From contig JAQGDQ010000010.1 of NCBI GenBank assembly GCA_030141605.1, forward strand, positions 310,001 through 374,000: a DNA stretch of 64,000 nucleotides, read 5' to 3'. This document shows positions 63,523 through 64,000 of this stretch, piece after piece. Position 1 is the first letter of the stretch. Each line of letters opens with the position of its first letter. The position numbers were made by a program, and so were the translations under genes. The stretch comes from Tubiluchus corallicola (taxonomy: Eukaryota; Animalia; Priapulida). Under the pieces are notes generated by a model that had not been told where the DNA came from, ran no database searches, and was given only the letters and a program-made list of their open reading frames with translations.

Positions 63523-64000
63523 GTAAGGAAAAGCTGGTTGTTAGTGTTTAATTTTTGGCATGGTTTTCTTTAAAAAGGGTTTTCACCTTATTTCATTACA
63601 GACAGTTGATTTGGTTGAACTAAATGGATCTTCTTCCTCTTCTAATTTATCATTTAAACATTTTTAATTATTGACAAGTGAAATAATGGTCCACCGTAGA
63701 GGTGTACCTCATTGCCATCATAAGTGCCTGAGATGGTCTTTCTCACGTCACTCATTCAAATCAACTAGTATCTTGAAAAAAATGACGTCCTTTGCACTTT
63801 TTCTAGTGAAGTATTTCCCAGATTAGACAGGTAGACAGTCAAATTGTTATCATGCTAATGTAATAACACTATTTTGAAGTGTCTTCGAATTATAAAATTG
63901 CTAAAAACTTGAGAAAAGTCATACAGATAAGTAAGACAATAGATAATTTTAAAGGCTCACTTTTCTGATTACAATATTCATTTCATAATTGGTTAAACTG

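Overview
AT-rich animal (invertebrate-like) genomic DNA with spliceosomal GT-AG introns; no prokaryotic features. I reconstructed four protein-coding genes by hand from splice sites and reading-frame phases. (1) A harmonin/whirlin/PDZD7-family scaffold on + (about 17.8-26.6 kb): harmonin-N-like domain, a very long Pro/Ser-rich linker, two PDZ domains. Its 2.3-kb exon carries a single in-frame TAA (18963-18965) while all downstream exons are intact, so it is a candidate for stop-codon readthrough (or a nonsense allele). (2) A two-exon Golgi carbohydrate sulfotransferase (CHST8-14/HNK-1ST family) on +. (3) A complete 14-coding-exon PUS7 pseudouridine synthase on -. (4) The 5' part of a C2H2 zinc-finger gene on +, head-to-head with PUS7 across a short bidirectional promoter. 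Introns and intergenic DNA hold decayed L2/CR1-group LINEs, a tRNA-derived SINE, hAT MITEs with 8-bp TSDs, foldback MITEs, microsatellites, and two inverted Tigger/pogo copies bracketing nine PUS7 exons (circRNA-like architecture). The first ~17.6 kb has no credible coding sequence. All family assignments are from motif recognition, not database searches.
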